A stretch of DNA of 64,000 nucleotides from Bdellovibrionota bacterium. GTDB lineage: Bacteria > Bdellovibrionota_C > UBA2361 > JAFLCA01. A program made the translations under genes and the position numbers. Under the pieces are notes generated by a model. That model ran no database searches. It worked only from the letters and a program-made list of their open reading frames with translations, and was not told the DNA's origin. The stretch covers positions 9,399 through 73,398 of the forward strand of contig JAYRHW010000158.1 of assembly GCA_041907145.1 (NCBI GenBank), read 5' to 3'. Shown here piece after piece: positions 10,201-20,238 of this stretch. How positions within the stretch are numbered: position 1 is the first letter of the stretch; each line of letters begins with the position of its first letter.

Positions 10201-13200
10201 TGTTGAATATGAGAGCGTTGGCCAGGCGCTGAAACGCGTGCGCCTGGGTTATCGTAAACTGTTGGTGACGAAGTTCGACGGTGCTGTGACTGAGCGCCAG
10301 CTCGAAGGCACGATTGATACTGCCGGTTTCTCTATAACGAGTGGCCAGCGCCAGCGCATCTTCCCTGGTCTTTCCGATTCCGGTCACGAACATGACGGTG
10401 TGCGAAGCGCCAGGTTCGAGCTCCAGAATCGTTCGCAGTGAGAAAATGGGGTCCAGTACCGCTCCGCAGTTACGCAGCAGCTTTCCGTTCGGTTCCAGCG
10501 CTCGACAATTGTGAATACTGCGGCCTCGGCCAATGAAAGCCTCCCGCGAAGTTTCATAGGTCGTTTCTGTCCAGCAGATGGGCATGATCAGCATGTGAAA
10601 CAGATAGAAAGTGTTTTCCCGGGCCGATCGCGGGCGACGCCAGAATAGTAACGTCTCAAGTTCAGGTAAAAACTCGCTCTGCACGAACATCTTCGAGAAG
10701 GCCGGATGTGCCAAGTCGGCCCGGCTGTCATTCATTGCTACTTCCGCAAAACTCGTTGCTTCAATTGTTCGAGGCCGCCGAGAAGTATTGGTCAGCGTCA
10801 CGCGCCGTATCTCGACATGATCATCGGGCGACACGACAATCTCGGTGTGAGAGACGATTCCGAGATCTCGCCGTTTGAATTCCACCTTCGCCGGATCGAA
10901 AATTGCCTCGTACCACTCCGGCTCTGCTCGCGAGGGCTGGGCAGCCGCCGACCAGGTCGCGTTATTGCCCAGATCTTTGAGAAAAATATAACTTCCATGG
11001 CTATTGACGACCGGATCCTCCCGCCAGCGAGTGAGCGCGATATGTCCGCCGATCTGGGAGAAACCGCTTCCCGCATTGTCTATCATCACCGAATAGTACC
11101 CATTCGAGAGCACTCGCGTGTGCGGGAACGCAGTATGCGGGGTCGTTACTACCACCTGACGACTCGCGCGGCCTTCCTCCGTGTCGTCCAAGGCCAATTG
11201 CTCGGCGCGATGCGGCACGAGCGCAGGAGCAGCTATCGGGAACTTCTCGTGCAACAGAAGCTCGGTGGCTTTGACGGCGACATTGGAGTGAAAGCGGGTC
11301 TGAAAGATGCCGCCGTTAAGATAATTGTTGATTGAAACCAGGGACATTCCCTGATGATGAGCGAGGAAGTTCTTTACGACATGTCCTCGCTCCTCTTTGC
11401 TGAGACGCGACGGCGTGTAGTCGATGGCCTCGTAGAAACCGTACTCCCCATGCACTCCCTCTTGATCGAGTGCAGAAAGATTCAAGAGACTCTCGCGCGG
11501 CGCGACAGGCAAAGCCAGGAAAGTTGAATAGGGCGATATTACCAGATCCTCCGATAGACCGCGCTTAAGCCCCAATCCCGGCACTCCGAATGCCCGGTAT
11601 TGATAGGTCTTATGGAAGTCTACTCCGGCATAACCGGACTCTGACATTCCCCACGGCACATTACGCAGCCTGGCATAGCGCTGCTGCGATCGGATTACCG
11701 CCCTATATGAATCGGAAAGCAAGGTTCCCGGATAATCCTTCATCACCAAGATCGGCATGAAATATTCGAACATCGTGCCGCCCCAGGACAGCAGGGCCCG
11801 TCCTCCAAACGCCTCGGTGATTGGGCGCCCCAACATGAACCAATGCTGCTGAGGCACCTCGCCGCGAGCGATTGCCACAAAGCTCGTAAGCCGCGCCTCC
11901 GATGCGAGCAAATCATAGTGCCCGCTATCCCGCAGACCGCGGTCCAAATTATAGCCGATGACGAAAGCCTTGCGGTGCGAGTCGTACAATTCTGAAAGCT
12001 TCATCTCACCGACGATCTTCTCGGCATAGTCAATGGCCGAGCGTATCTCAGAGAAGATCCCTTCGGCATGCGGCATGCTGGTTTGGAGGCCGTTCTGCAA
12101 CTGATCGAAAGCCTTCTGCACTGCTGCATCATTGACCTGAGGCAAGAAATTCTCCTTACGCTGGCTCAACAAGTCCGCAATGCGATTATGCACCTTGACG
12201 ATCAACGCCATGGTCGGATTCTTCCCCAACAGAATCTTCCTCAATCCCTTTTCCGCCCGTGAGAAGGAGAACCCACTGCGCGCTTTGGCGTCTAACGCCT
12301 CATAGAGCGCCTCCAGCGGGCCATACCACGCGATCAAGTCGGAGAGCGCCGCAAAATCACAGAGTGAGTTAATCATGCGGTCGCGCTCCTGCGCGTCTGC
12401 TCCGAGCCGACGATATTCGAGGCGATGATCGCGAACAAAGAGTCGCACCGTCTCGAGGATTCGATGCAAATCACGAAAATTACGCGGCGGCGATACAAGC
12501 TCCTGGTAGATCTTGCGCGCAACCTTGCTCAGATCCGATTCATCCTTTCCCTGACGTTCTACCAGCACACCGAAAGCGCGCCTGATATGACGAAAATGTG
12601 CGGCAGAAACGATCGGCGCATGAAGCACTTCCTCGAGGCCGGCGACTAGGGCCATCAAATGCCCAACGAGGTTTCCGCTATCAACGGCAGAAATATAGCG
12701 CGGCGCCAAAGACTGCAGACTCCTGATATCATACCAATTGAGGAAATGCCCGTTCCAGCGCTCGAGCCTGAACAAGGTGCGGAACACGCGGTTGATGCGA
12801 GTCGCCACGTACGGCAGTGTGGCAAACCCCAAATCATTCGCGGTCATGAGGGAAAGGAGCGAAAGGCCAATATTGGTCGGCGAAGTACGCTCGGCAACGA
12901 CTCGAGTCGGGATCATCTGAACATTGTCAGGGATGAGATAGTTGTATTCCTCAATCAGATGATCATCAAAATAGGCCCACGTCTGCCTAGCCACACGCAC
13001 GAGATAATCTTCGTCCGCTTGGGTACGCACGTAGCGCTCTCCCTGGGCGGGAGCGCTAATCCAAGCAGCAATAACCGGGGCGCTTCCCCACAGCGCCAGA
13101 AGCGGAATAGCAAATGGCAAATGCTGCGGACCGATTACTACAATCAGCGCCAAAGCAGCCGCGGTGAGCAGCATTCCTCCGGACATCGATCGCAGAAAAT

Positions 13201-16078
13201 CACGCGCCGACTTGCCGCTACGCTGCTCCGAGGCATATGCCGTTTCCCACTCCAGCAGATGCTTCCGCGTTACGAGCAGCCTCCACAGGGTAATACCGGC
13301 TGCATGCAGCACCAGAAAAGCCTGATGGGGCAAAACACTCAAATGGAAAAAGGCCTGTGCGCAATTCCTGAGGAAGTCCTGTCCTACGTTACGAGAGTAG
13401 CCGGGAAGCGAAAGTCGTGGAGGCGCTACCAACACCGAATTTGCGAGGTTAGCGCCGATGGGAAACAAAAATGTTGCCAAAACCAGGCTAAACCAGAACA
13501 ACGGCCACATCGGAAAAAGCGTGAAGGCTCCAAGCAGCAGGGCAAAAGCCGCCGGGGCCACGAGGCTACGGCGAATATTGTCAAAGATTTTCCACCGGCC
13601 AAGCCAGCCTATAGGATTGCGGATGGCATTTCCCGCGGCATTCGGCACCCTTGGAAGCAGCCACGGCAGAAGCTGCCAGTCACCGCGAATCCAGCGATGC
13701 TCGCGGCGCGCGAACACATTGTATCGAGAGGGAAAGTCATCTATCAGCTCTATATCGGACACATGCGCGGTGCGAACGAAGATGCTCTCGAAGAGGTCGT
13801 GGCTCAATAGGCTGTTTTCCGGGATTCGTCCTTCCAACACCTCTTCAAAGGCCCGCGGATCGTAAGCGCCCTTACCGACATACGAGGCCTCGTCGAAGAG
13901 GTCCTGGTACACCTCGGAGACGAGGCTAGTGTAAGGGTCGATGCCGGCATGCCCGCAAAATATTCTGGAGAACAGGGAAGCTGAGGCCGAACGCAACGAC
14001 ACCCCTACTCGCGGCTGCAAAAGCCCATAACCCTTCACGATCACCTTACGGGCGTGATCGATCACTGGCCGATTGAGAGGATGATGCAAAGCTCCTATTA
14101 ATTTACGAGCTATCCCACGCGGGAGCTGAGTATCGGCGTCGAGTGTGATGACATAGCGGTGAGCACGAAGGGCCGTCTTCTCGCCAACGTGCAGGACAAA
14201 AGTCGTGCTGTCATCGCCGGCAAGCAAGCGGTTAAATTCCATGATTTTGCCGCGTTTGCGCTCCCAACCCATGAACTTGCCTTCGGCGGGGTTGAACAAT
14301 CGCTTGCGAAACAGCAGGTAGAAACGATCGCCTGCTTCGGATTTGTAGCGGGCGTTGAGCGACTGAATGAGCTCGATCGCATGGTCAATAATGGCTTGAT
14401 CGCCGGTAACGGTCTCCTTCTCCGAGTCGCTGACATCTCCAAGCAAGGCGAAAGATAGTTGCTCGTCGTCGTTGGCAAGAAATCTGACTTCGAGAGCCTC
14501 GACCACTCGATCGACTGCCTCGCGGCTCGAAAAAATACAGTGCACGGTAACGATAGAACGTACTTCGGGAGTCAATCCTTCATCGAAATCAAGTTTAGGA
14601 ACGTATGCGGTCGGAGCGCTGAGTGTGACCATCCATTGAACGAGCTGGATTGCAAGATTGCTCGCTAGGATGGCAAACAGAAAGGCAATCGCAGGCAAAT
14701 AGATGTGCGCCAGTCCTGCAGCAAACGCTCGCTCCACCGCCACACTGACCAAGAAGCCGGTAAATAAGAAGATACCGACAAAATAGAGGAAGCCGGCATG
14801 TCGTTTGAGCAGCGCGCTAATCCGCTCCCTCCACGGTCGTACGGCTCCAACGAACGCCTCGAATCCGCGCGTTCCCTCTCCAAGCAAATAGGCTCCCACA
14901 TGCCGGTCACGCAGACTTTGCGCTCCGTCATCAGCTGCTCGCTTTCCCGCTGTCTCCTCGACAAATTTAATGAGCTTCTCCGCAACTTCATGTTCGGGGG
15001 TCCGAGCATTCCGGGCAATCCGCTCGATTTCGTGGCGGTAACGATCGCGGGTCGTAAAATCACATGCTTCGTAGAATGCTGTTGGGTCACGCTTCAAGAT
15101 CTCGTGAATCTTGCTGTTATTTTCCACCCAGACTTTCCAGTCGAAGAGCGCAATTGCGCGAAGCGCCGTGACACAATTGCCGATAGATATCTGATCTGCC
15201 GCCCTGGCGTATTGCTCGGTTCTGATCAGCTCATCCGGATCGATTCCAGATTCTCGGAATCTCTCCTCAATCCAGTGCAGAGCTACCGCCGTACGTACGC
15301 CGATTGCTCGCAATCGGCGCATGATATGTATGGCACCGGGACCAACCCATCCGGGCCAAGCTTCGAGCCGCTTGGCGAGATTCAGCACCATCTCGGTACC
15401 GGGCCGCTCGGCATCCCGCAGCACTTCCTCGGAGATCTCTTCGGCAGCCTTGCGTTCCTGATACGCTCGTAAGCTCAGCGTAGCCAAGGCGGCTAAATTC
15501 CGCAGAATGGCATACCGCAGCATGATCGGGATGGCCCACAGCTCGCCGATGCTTAGCGGATGAAGCTCCTGGTAGGCCGCTATAAAGGAAGAAAGGAGTT
15601 CTCCATCAAAGACCGAGTCTCGGTTCCGGACATATTCCACCGCCAGCGCGTATACTCGCGGACGTGCAGCATACGGGCCATCACGAAGCTGCGGCAGCAA
15701 CTTATAATATCCGCGCGGCAGGTCCTTTTTGATTTCACGAAGATGCTCTTCAATGACGTGATAGTTATCGAGAATCCATTCGCTGCCGGGCGGTAGGACT
15801 TGCTTTTCATCGGCTGCTCGGGCCAAGGCGAAGTAACTTGTATCGAGAGAATCTTCGGCAATCCCTAAATCTCGCAGCAGCGAGAAGTCCCGCGGCACTT
15901 CCGTACTCGGATAGTAGCGGTGCGCAAAATCTCTAGCCTGAGCGGCTAGCTGGTCGCGACTTAGTATCTGCTCACGAAAGACCTCGACCTTCGCATTAAA
16001 GAGCTCGGGCGTGAGCGAAGAGCGCAGTAGTCGGCGCAAGCCAAGCGCCCGCTCTTTGAGAGTTCGTTTGATGAACAT
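7277..16078 (-). CDS. cgs: cyclic beta-1,2-glucan synthase (GT84 glycosyltransferase fused to GH94 phosphorylase-like domain)
   Basis: Single 8.8 kb ORF of 2933 aa. Membrane-embedded N-terminal half with VITLDADTQLP (DxD) and EHRWIRGDWQL motifs. C-terminal GH94-like region with GSGDWNDGMN. Size and domain order match Cgs/NdvB/ChvB. Confidence 0.9.
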   Translation of the reverse strand: MFIKRTLKERALGLRRLLRSSLTPELFNAKVEVFREQILSRDQLAAQARDFAHRYYPSTEVPRDFSLLRDLGIAEDSLDTSYFALARAADEKQVLPPGSEWILDNYHVIEEHLREIKKDLPRGYYKLLPQLRDGPYAARPRVYALAVEYVRNRDSVFDGELLSSFIAAYQELHPLSIGELWAIPIMLRYAILRNLAALATLSLRAYQERKAAEEISEEVLRDAERPGTEMVLNLAKRLEAWPGWVGPGAIHIMRRLRAIGVRTAVALHWIEERFRESGIDPDELIRTEQYARAADQISIGNCVTALRAIALFDWKVWVENNSKIHEILKRDPTAFYEACDFTTRDRYRHEIERIARNARTPEHEVAEKLIKFVEETAGKRAADDGAQSLRDRHVGAYLLGEGTRGFEAFVGAVRPWRERISALLKRHAGFLYFVGIFLFTGFLVSVAVERAFAAGLAHIYLPAIAFLFAILASNLAIQLVQWMVTLSAPTAYVPKLDFDEGLTPEVRSIVTVHCIFSSREAVDRVVEALEVRFLANDDEQLSFALLGDVSDSEKETVTGDQAIIDHAIELIQSLNARYKSEAGDRFYLLFRKRLFNPAEGKFMGWERKRGKIMEFNRLLAGDDSTTFVLHVGEKTALRAHRYVITLDADTQLPRGIARKLIGALHHPLNRPVIDHARKVIVKGYGLLQPRVGVSLRSASASLFSRIFCGHAGIDPYTSLVSEVYQDLFDEASYVGKGAYDPRAFEEVLEGRIPENSLLSHDLFESIFVRTAHVSDIELIDDFPSRYNVFARREHRWIRGDWQLLPWLLPRVPNAAGNAIRNPIGWLGRWKIFDNIRRSLVAPAAFALLLGAFTLFPMWPLFWFSLVLATFLFPIGANLANSVLVAPPRLSLPGYSRNVGQDFLRNCAQAFFHLSVLPHQAFLVLHAAGITLWRLLVTRKHLLEWETAYASEQRSGKSARDFLRSMSGGMLLTAAALALIVVIGPQHLPFAIPLLALWGSAPVIAAWISAPAQGERYVRTQADEDYLVRVARQTWAYFDDHLIEEYNYLIPDNVQMIPTRVVAERTSPTNIGLSLLSLMTANDLGFATLPYVATRINRVFRTLFRLERWNGHFLNWYDIRSLQSLAPRYISAVDSGNLVGHLMALVAGLEEVLHAPIVSAAHFRHIRRAFGVLVERQGKDESDLSKVARKIYQELVSPPRNFRDLHRILETVRLFVRDHRLEYRRLGADAQERDRMINSLCDFAALSDLIAWYGPLEALYEALDAKARSGFSFSRAEKGLRKILLGKNPTMALIVKVHNRIADLLSQRKENFLPQVNDAAVQKAFDQLQNGLQTSMPHAEGIFSEIRSAIDYAEKIVGEMKLSELYDSHRKAFVIGYNLDRGLRDSGHYDLLASEARLTSFVAIARGEVPQQHWFMLGRPITEAFGGRALLSWGGTMFEYFMPILVMKDYPGTLLSDSYRAVIRSQQRYARLRNVPWGMSESGYAGVDFHKTYQYRAFGVPGLGLKRGLSEDLVISPYSTFLALPVAPRESLLNLSALDQEGVHGEYGFYEAIDYTPSRLSKEERGHVVKNFLAHHQGMSLVSINNYLNGGIFQTRFHSNVAVKATELLLHEKFPIAAPALVPHRAEQLALDDTEEGRASRQVVVTTPHTAFPHTRVLSNGYYSVMIDNAGSGFSQIGGHIALTRWREDPVVNSHGSYIFLKDLGNNATWSAAAQPSRAEPEWYEAIFDPAKVEFKRRDLGIVSHTEIVVSPDDHVEIRRVTLTNTSRRPRTIEATSFAEVAMNDSRADLAHPAFSKMFVQSEFLPELETLLFWRRPRSARENTFYLFHMLIMPICWTETTYETSREAFIGRGRSIHNCRALEPNGKLLRNCGAVLDPIFSLRTILELEPGASHTVMFVTGIGKTREDALALATRYRETGSINRAFELALSHSTVELRHQQFTITQAHAFQRLANALIFNIQGARAESAVLSRNQLAQAGLWRFGISGDLPIVLIRVSEPPHLKLLNELLIAHEYLRLRGIVFDLVVLNEYPGGYFQHFQEELEFAVKAGAAGHLLDKRGGIYLRAVGQLSEVEVVLLQTVARVILHGAKGSLSSQLSFSSEAVALSWAGRGRIATAEPGPEADTSQGAVERFAHGAGRHEFSPDGKSFRIQLHPGEATPLPWSNVVSNSRFGFIATERGGGYTWSENSRENRLTPWSNDPVCDPCGEALFIRDLESGSVWSTTPAPAPANQVYAVTHGFGFSTYEVENDSIQSTLTLCGAKEAPVKWWSLTLKNTGSVTRRLELSLYLELVLGVQRETSARYIVTSFDEKSKSLLARNLYNNEFAGRVVAVGASLDLSGYTSRRDEFIGRNGSLSSPLAFQVGRSLAETLSKSVGPGCDALVAAAEVSLAPRERREILFYLCEFPNIEELRTQSRNLSSVAFCAAERRAVDAYWKEIASSIEVKTPSRSLNTLMNGWLLYQALSCRIFGRSAFYQSGGAIGFRDQLQDSLALLPIAPHMVRQQIILHAARQFTEGDVQHWWHPPTGRGVRTRISDDLLWLPYVVHRYIEATGDAGILDVDQSFIEASPLEEGVMESYIQPGESLHRGSIYEHCIIAIDRALTSGPHGLPLIGSGDWNDGMNEVGREGKGESVWLAWFIIDVLKRFAPIARGRRDNYRAQGYEDKIKQLQAAIEGSCWDGEWYLRAFYDDGKPMGSKRNDECRIDSIAQSWSVLSNAGAPERQIKAMESALKHLVKREAGIVELLTPAFDKSQQDPGYIKGYLPGIRENGGQYTHASAWFIMALARMGRGTAAVDLFELINPINLSSTPAGIERYRGEPYVFCGDVYSNPQHAGRAGWSWYTGSAGWMYQAGLHEILGIRFEKDTVLIDPCIPATWKDYEARLRFGNGSVEILVRNPKGVERGIHSFKVNGEESTNRRVARPGSGVVRVEIILG

Positions 16079-16248
16079 ACCAGAAAAACTACCGCAGAAA
16101 GGCCCCGGCGGAAAGAACTAAGTCCTTGGGTACACGAGGTTTTCCCTTCATATAGGTAAGCTACGATGTCCTCCGTGGAGACGGAGGGGGCCGCTCGTCG
16201 GCGAGAACCCTCAACGCGTGGAGATGGGACGCAAAACTCCAGGCCAGC

Positions 16249-17016
16249 CTACTTTGAGTCCTTAGCTGCTGCGATCGCCGACCGGTGTAGAAGCTCGCGA
16301 TCGATTCGGCTAAATAGCGCCAAGAGTACGCCCATTTCTCGTTTATCAGGGTTAATGCGGCGAAACAGATTCTTTACCAGTCCCGGGATGGGCTCCGGTG
16401 TTCCTTCGCGATAGAAGCCGCTGTCGATGAGAACCTTCTCAACCAGACGATCAAGCTGATAAAACTGGTTCCACTCCGGCGCATGCGGGGAGGGATCGGT
16501 CGACACGGCGTCCCACTGCTGTCTGGTAATTTCGAATAGACCAAGAAGAACCGCCTGTGCAAGATTAAACGAGGGGTACTCAACCGTTGAAGGAATTCTG
16601 ACGAGCCACCGGCAGTGCTGCACATGATCGCTGCGTAGTCCGGTATCCTCAGGCCCGAATACCAACGCTGTTCTCACCTTCGGTCGCTGGTGCAAATGTG
16701 CAACCCACTGAGGCAAGGTCAAGTTGAAGCGATCTTTTCCGTCGCGCCCCGAGAAACCAACTACCTCTTGCATCGGAGCCAAGGCCGCTTCCATCGTGGG
16801 ATATATTTGCAAAGATGCTAGAATATCCTCCGTCGCCCAGCGGGCAGTAATAGCGGCTCGCTCCGGTCTATAGTCACGTGGGGCAACGAGATGCAGATGT
16901 TTAAAGCCTAAGTTCTTCATGGCTCGCGCTACCGAGCCGACATTGAGGCTCTCCTCAGTCTCCACGAGAACTACATGAAAAAAATCGCTTTCGGGATGTT
17001 GCGCCAAGTCACTCAT
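16249..17016 (-). CDS. trmJ: SpoU/TrmH-family RNA 2'-O-methyltransferase, TrmJ-like
   Basis: VVLVETEESLNVGSVARAMKNLGF...ALVFGPEDTGL...PSFNLAQAVLL is collinear with E. coli TrmJ as I recall it. Confidence 0.7.
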   Translation of the reverse strand: MSDLAQHPESDFFHVVLVETEESLNVGSVARAMKNLGFKHLHLVAPRDYRPERAAITARWATEDILASLQIYPTMEAALAPMQEVVGFSGRDGKDRFNLTLPQWVAHLHQRPKVRTALVFGPEDTGLRSDHVQHCRWLVRIPSTVEYPSFNLAQAVLLGLFEITRQQWDAVSTDPSPHAPEWNQFYQLDRLVEKVLIDSGFYREGTPEPIPGLVKNLFRRINPDKREMGVLLALFSRIDRELLHRSAIAAAKDSK

Positions 17017-17025
17017 AGGGCACTT

Positions 17026-18909
17026 CTACTCGGGAGCTGCGCCGTCATACAGTGCAGCAATCAACGAGGCATATTTTTTCTCAACCATGCCGCGCTTAAC
17101 CTTGAAGGTCGGGGTTAGGAAGCCATTTTCGATCGTCAATTCCTGATCAATGATGGCGAATTTTTTTATGGTTTCAAAGCGCGAAAGTTTCTCATTGACT
17201 GCCGCTACTTCGCTACTGATGTGAGCAAACACATTACTATCGTCAGAAATAACCGGAGCCAGCTCGATGCCTCGCCTCTCAGCCCATTGCTTCACCAAAG
17301 GAACATCAAGCATCACTAGGGCGATACAGTATGGTCTTCCGTCACCGAGCACTACCGCCGATGATATGAACGGCGACGCGGTCAGTTTCTCCTCTATCAT
17401 CAGTGGCGATACTTTCTTGCCTCCGGAAGTGACGATCAACTCCTTTTTCCTGCCGGTGATGAAGAGAAAGCCCTGATCATCGAGCCTGCCCAAATCTCCT
17501 GTGTGAAACCAGCCTTCACTATCCCAGGCCGCGCGCGTTGCAGCTGTGCGGCCATGATAGCCACGAGCAATATTGGGGCCCTTGAATAGAATTTCCCCGT
17601 CCTCGGCGATTCGGCACTGCACCTGTTCCAAACATGGGCCTACGCTGCCGATCTTATTTTGTCCGACGCGGTTTACATTCGTGGCCACACAGGTCTCGGT
17701 TAGGCCATAGCCCTCGTAGATTTGAATACCGAGGCTAGCAAAAAATTCATTCACGGCTACCGGGAGCTTTGCCCCGCCAGACACTACATGGCGAAACCGC
17801 TCGCCGAACAGTTGCCGGCGGATTTTCCTCGCGATGGGAGTAGTCAACACGGAAATGATCAATGGCCCGATGGAAGCCGCAACGGCATCCCGATGCGACC
17901 CATAGACCTGCCGATGCGACGAGATTGTCAGGGCGAGAATTCCAGCGCCTATGCCGCCCGCATTAGCCTTTTCAAGCACGCCATTCATCAGTTTTTCGAG
18001 CAACCTCGGAACCATCGGCACCACCTGTGCTCCCTCCTCCCGCAAGTCACGAAGGACACTCGAAGCATTCAAGACGGAACTGCGCGTATCGGCGACTGCC
18101 GGAAATCTAAGCGCCGTGGGAGTCAAGAACCCTAGGTAGCCAATCAGCCGGGCAAACGAATGGGCCAGCGGCAAAAAGAGGAACAGATCTCCATCGGGGG
18201 CAAAGAGCCCCGTGCGAGCCGCCTGCCAAATGTTAGCGAGATGATTCTTATGGGTCTGTACTACCCCCTTGGGCGGTCCCGTAGTGCCGGAGGTGTAGAC
18301 CAGCGAAGCAACATCCGCACCTGGCGGCAGCGTCGGTTCAGTTTCAGGAATGGAGGGATTGGCCAGAATATCTGCGACACTCAGATACCCCTCAACTGCC
18401 TCAAAGGTCACAAGGGGAGCAAGTTTGAGATTGATGGTCTGCGCCGCCCGCTCCTCGGTTGCCGGAATCGGACAGGGGGAACGCTCCAGTTCCTTGAGCT
18501 TTTGAACCTGCTCCTCGTTCTCAGCAAAAATCCAACTCACCCCGGCATCGAACAGAATATAGCCGGTCTCCATAGCGCTTATCGACTGGTAGATAGATAC
18601 AGAGGTTGCCCCGAGGTAGAGAATCGCCAAATCGGCAAGCATCCACTCCGGCCGCGTGAAAGAAATTATCGCTACTCGATCTCCAGCCTTTACGCCGCGA
18701 CTCGCCAGATAGTGTGCCAATCGCCAAATCTTGCGGGAAACCTCACGGTAGGTAGCAGCCCGCCATTCACGGCGCTCAGGGGAAATGATTTGGGCCTGAG
18801 AGTACACGACAGAGTCCGGCCACTGCTTCACGACGTGCGAAAACAGCTGCGGCAGGGAGTCGGCGCTTTGTATAAAGGGGATTAATTGTTCAAGTACTGG
18901 CAAGCTCAT
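17026..18909 (-). CDS. long-chain acyl-CoA synthetase (AMP-forming)
   Basis: AMP-binding motifs LVYTSGTTGPPKGV, YGLTET, GWFHTGDLG. 627 aa, typical of the long FAA1/FadD-like class. Confidence 0.85.
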   Translation of the reverse strand: MSLPVLEQLIPFIQSADSLPQLFSHVVKQWPDSVVYSQAQIISPERREWRAATYREVSRKIWRLAHYLASRGVKAGDRVAIISFTRPEWMLADLAILYLGATSVSIYQSISAMETGYILFDAGVSWIFAENEEQVQKLKELERSPCPIPATEERAAQTINLKLAPLVTFEAVEGYLSVADILANPSIPETEPTLPPGADVASLVYTSGTTGPPKGVVQTHKNHLANIWQAARTGLFAPDGDLFLFLPLAHSFARLIGYLGFLTPTALRFPAVADTRSSVLNASSVLRDLREEGAQVVPMVPRLLEKLMNGVLEKANAGGIGAGILALTISSHRQVYGSHRDAVAASIGPLIISVLTTPIARKIRRQLFGERFRHVVSGGAKLPVAVNEFFASLGIQIYEGYGLTETCVATNVNRVGQNKIGSVGPCLEQVQCRIAEDGEILFKGPNIARGYHGRTAATRAAWDSEGWFHTGDLGRLDDQGFLFITGRKKELIVTSGGKKVSPLMIEEKLTASPFISSAVVLGDGRPYCIALVMLDVPLVKQWAERRGIELAPVISDDSNVFAHISSEVAAVNEKLSRFETIKKFAIIDQELTIENGFLTPTFKVKRGMVEKKYASLIAALYDGAAPE

Positions 18910-18964
18910 GTGCTACAAGGATACCCAGGACAGCCTCGACGCGCACTACCGATTAGGAAAGATA

Positions 18965-20122
18965 CTACCGCCGGACCAATGAAACTAAGGTCTCGACATG
19001 CGAGGTGCCCGGAAACATATCAAAGGGCTGAACTTTGGCCACTCTAAAGGCTGCCGCCAAGGACTCCAAGTCGCGGGCGAGAGTCAATGGGTCACAGCTA
19101 GAATACAGCAGGTTACGCACTTCCGAGGAATTCAATCGCTGGATAATCAAGGGCGACAGCCCTCGACGCGGAGGATTCACCACCACGGTATCGTAGTCTA
19201 AGGCGTGCCCGCCGAGGAACTCCTCCGCATCGGCCTGCTGAAACTGTACCTGGGCCAGGCCGTTGGCTCGCGACGCAGCCTTAGCATTTTCGATGGCAGC
19301 GCTGCTAATTTCCACGCCAAGCACCGACTCGCATACCCGACCGCAGAAAAGCGAGAAGGCGCCGACCCCGCAATAGAGATCCAAGAGTTTCCTGGAGCCC
19401 AACCTCTGCACTTCCGATCGAGCACTGAGATACAGCTGAGCAGCTACTTCGGGAGTAACCTGCGAGAAACTTTCCGGAGAAAAGATGAGCCTGGTATCGG
19501 CTAACTGCTCGGTAATGGTCTTTGCATCGCTGAACACGAGCTCTTCAGGTCCCTCTACTATCGCCATCGGAATAGGCTGTACATTTACCGATGCGACCCT
19601 GAGGGCAGGAAATTGCGCACGAAGCTCGGTGAAAATCGCCCGGGCCTTTGAGATCTGCTCAGTGGAGCGCAGCACCAGACGAACCAAGATCTCGCCGGTC
19701 CCGATAGCTCGCCTCGCGATCACATACTTCAACTCGCCGCGTTTGGCTCGAATATCATAAGGTGGTAGCTCATACTTCTGAATGAGATCTCTAGTCGCGG
19801 CCAATATCTCGGCAAGCGGTTCTGCGTGTAATGGGCAATCAATGATATCGATGATGGCAAAATCCTTACCCGGAAAGCCAATCGACGGTGCTCTTGCGCT
19901 GCCGCCCACTGCCATCTTCGCCTTGCCGCGAGTGCCGAACACTCGCCCAACCCCCACTATCGGCAAGGGCTCCAGTTGATCGGCAGTTAGTATTTGTCGC
20001 AGCGCGGCCGATACAGCCTGGGCCTTGGCCTCCAGCTGACCGGAATAGGGGCGATCCAAAAGATCGCAAGAGCGGCAGCGAGCGGCTGCAAAATGAGGAC
20101 AAGCTTCGTTCATAAAAATCAC
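18965..20122 (-). CDS. rlmC: 23S rRNA (uracil-5-)-methyltransferase RlmC/RumB-like
   Basis: N-terminal Cys cluster CPHFAAARCRSC. SAM-MTase motifs DLYCGVGAFSL, VVVNPPRRG, YSSC. C-terminal FDMFPGTSHVE. Collinear with E. coli RlmC. ATG at 20113 is an alternative start. Confidence 0.8.
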   Translation of the reverse strand: MIFMNEACPHFAAARCRSCDLLDRPYSGQLEAKAQAVSAALRQILTADQLEPLPIVGVGRVFGTRGKAKMAVGGSARAPSIGFPGKDFAIIDIIDCPLHAEPLAEILAATRDLIQKYELPPYDIRAKRGELKYVIARRAIGTGEILVRLVLRSTEQISKARAIFTELRAQFPALRVASVNVQPIPMAIVEGPEELVFSDAKTITEQLADTRLIFSPESFSQVTPEVAAQLYLSARSEVQRLGSRKLLDLYCGVGAFSLFCGRVCESVLGVEISSAAIENAKAASRANGLAQVQFQQADAEEFLGGHALDYDTVVVNPPRRGLSPLIIQRLNSSEVRNLLYSSCDPLTLARDLESLAAAFRVAKVQPFDMFPGTSHVETLVSLVRR

Positions 20123-20238
20123 TAAGCGGCGCCGATAGGCAGGCCACTGTCACTATATCTCATTCTGCATTGAAAAATGAGCTACTCAATCTACAGGTTT
20201 TTCGTAGAACTTCCGACTTCTCAAGCCAAGAGGTGCGC

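Noticed and set aside
7520-15861. Dozens of 60-380-aa ORFs on the + strand and in other minus frames inside cgs (e.g. 12659..13810, 10706..11335, 14798..15472)
   Set aside because: They are shadow ORFs inside a single well-supported 8.8-kb gene. They are R/S/P-rich, carry no motifs, and are mutually overlapping.
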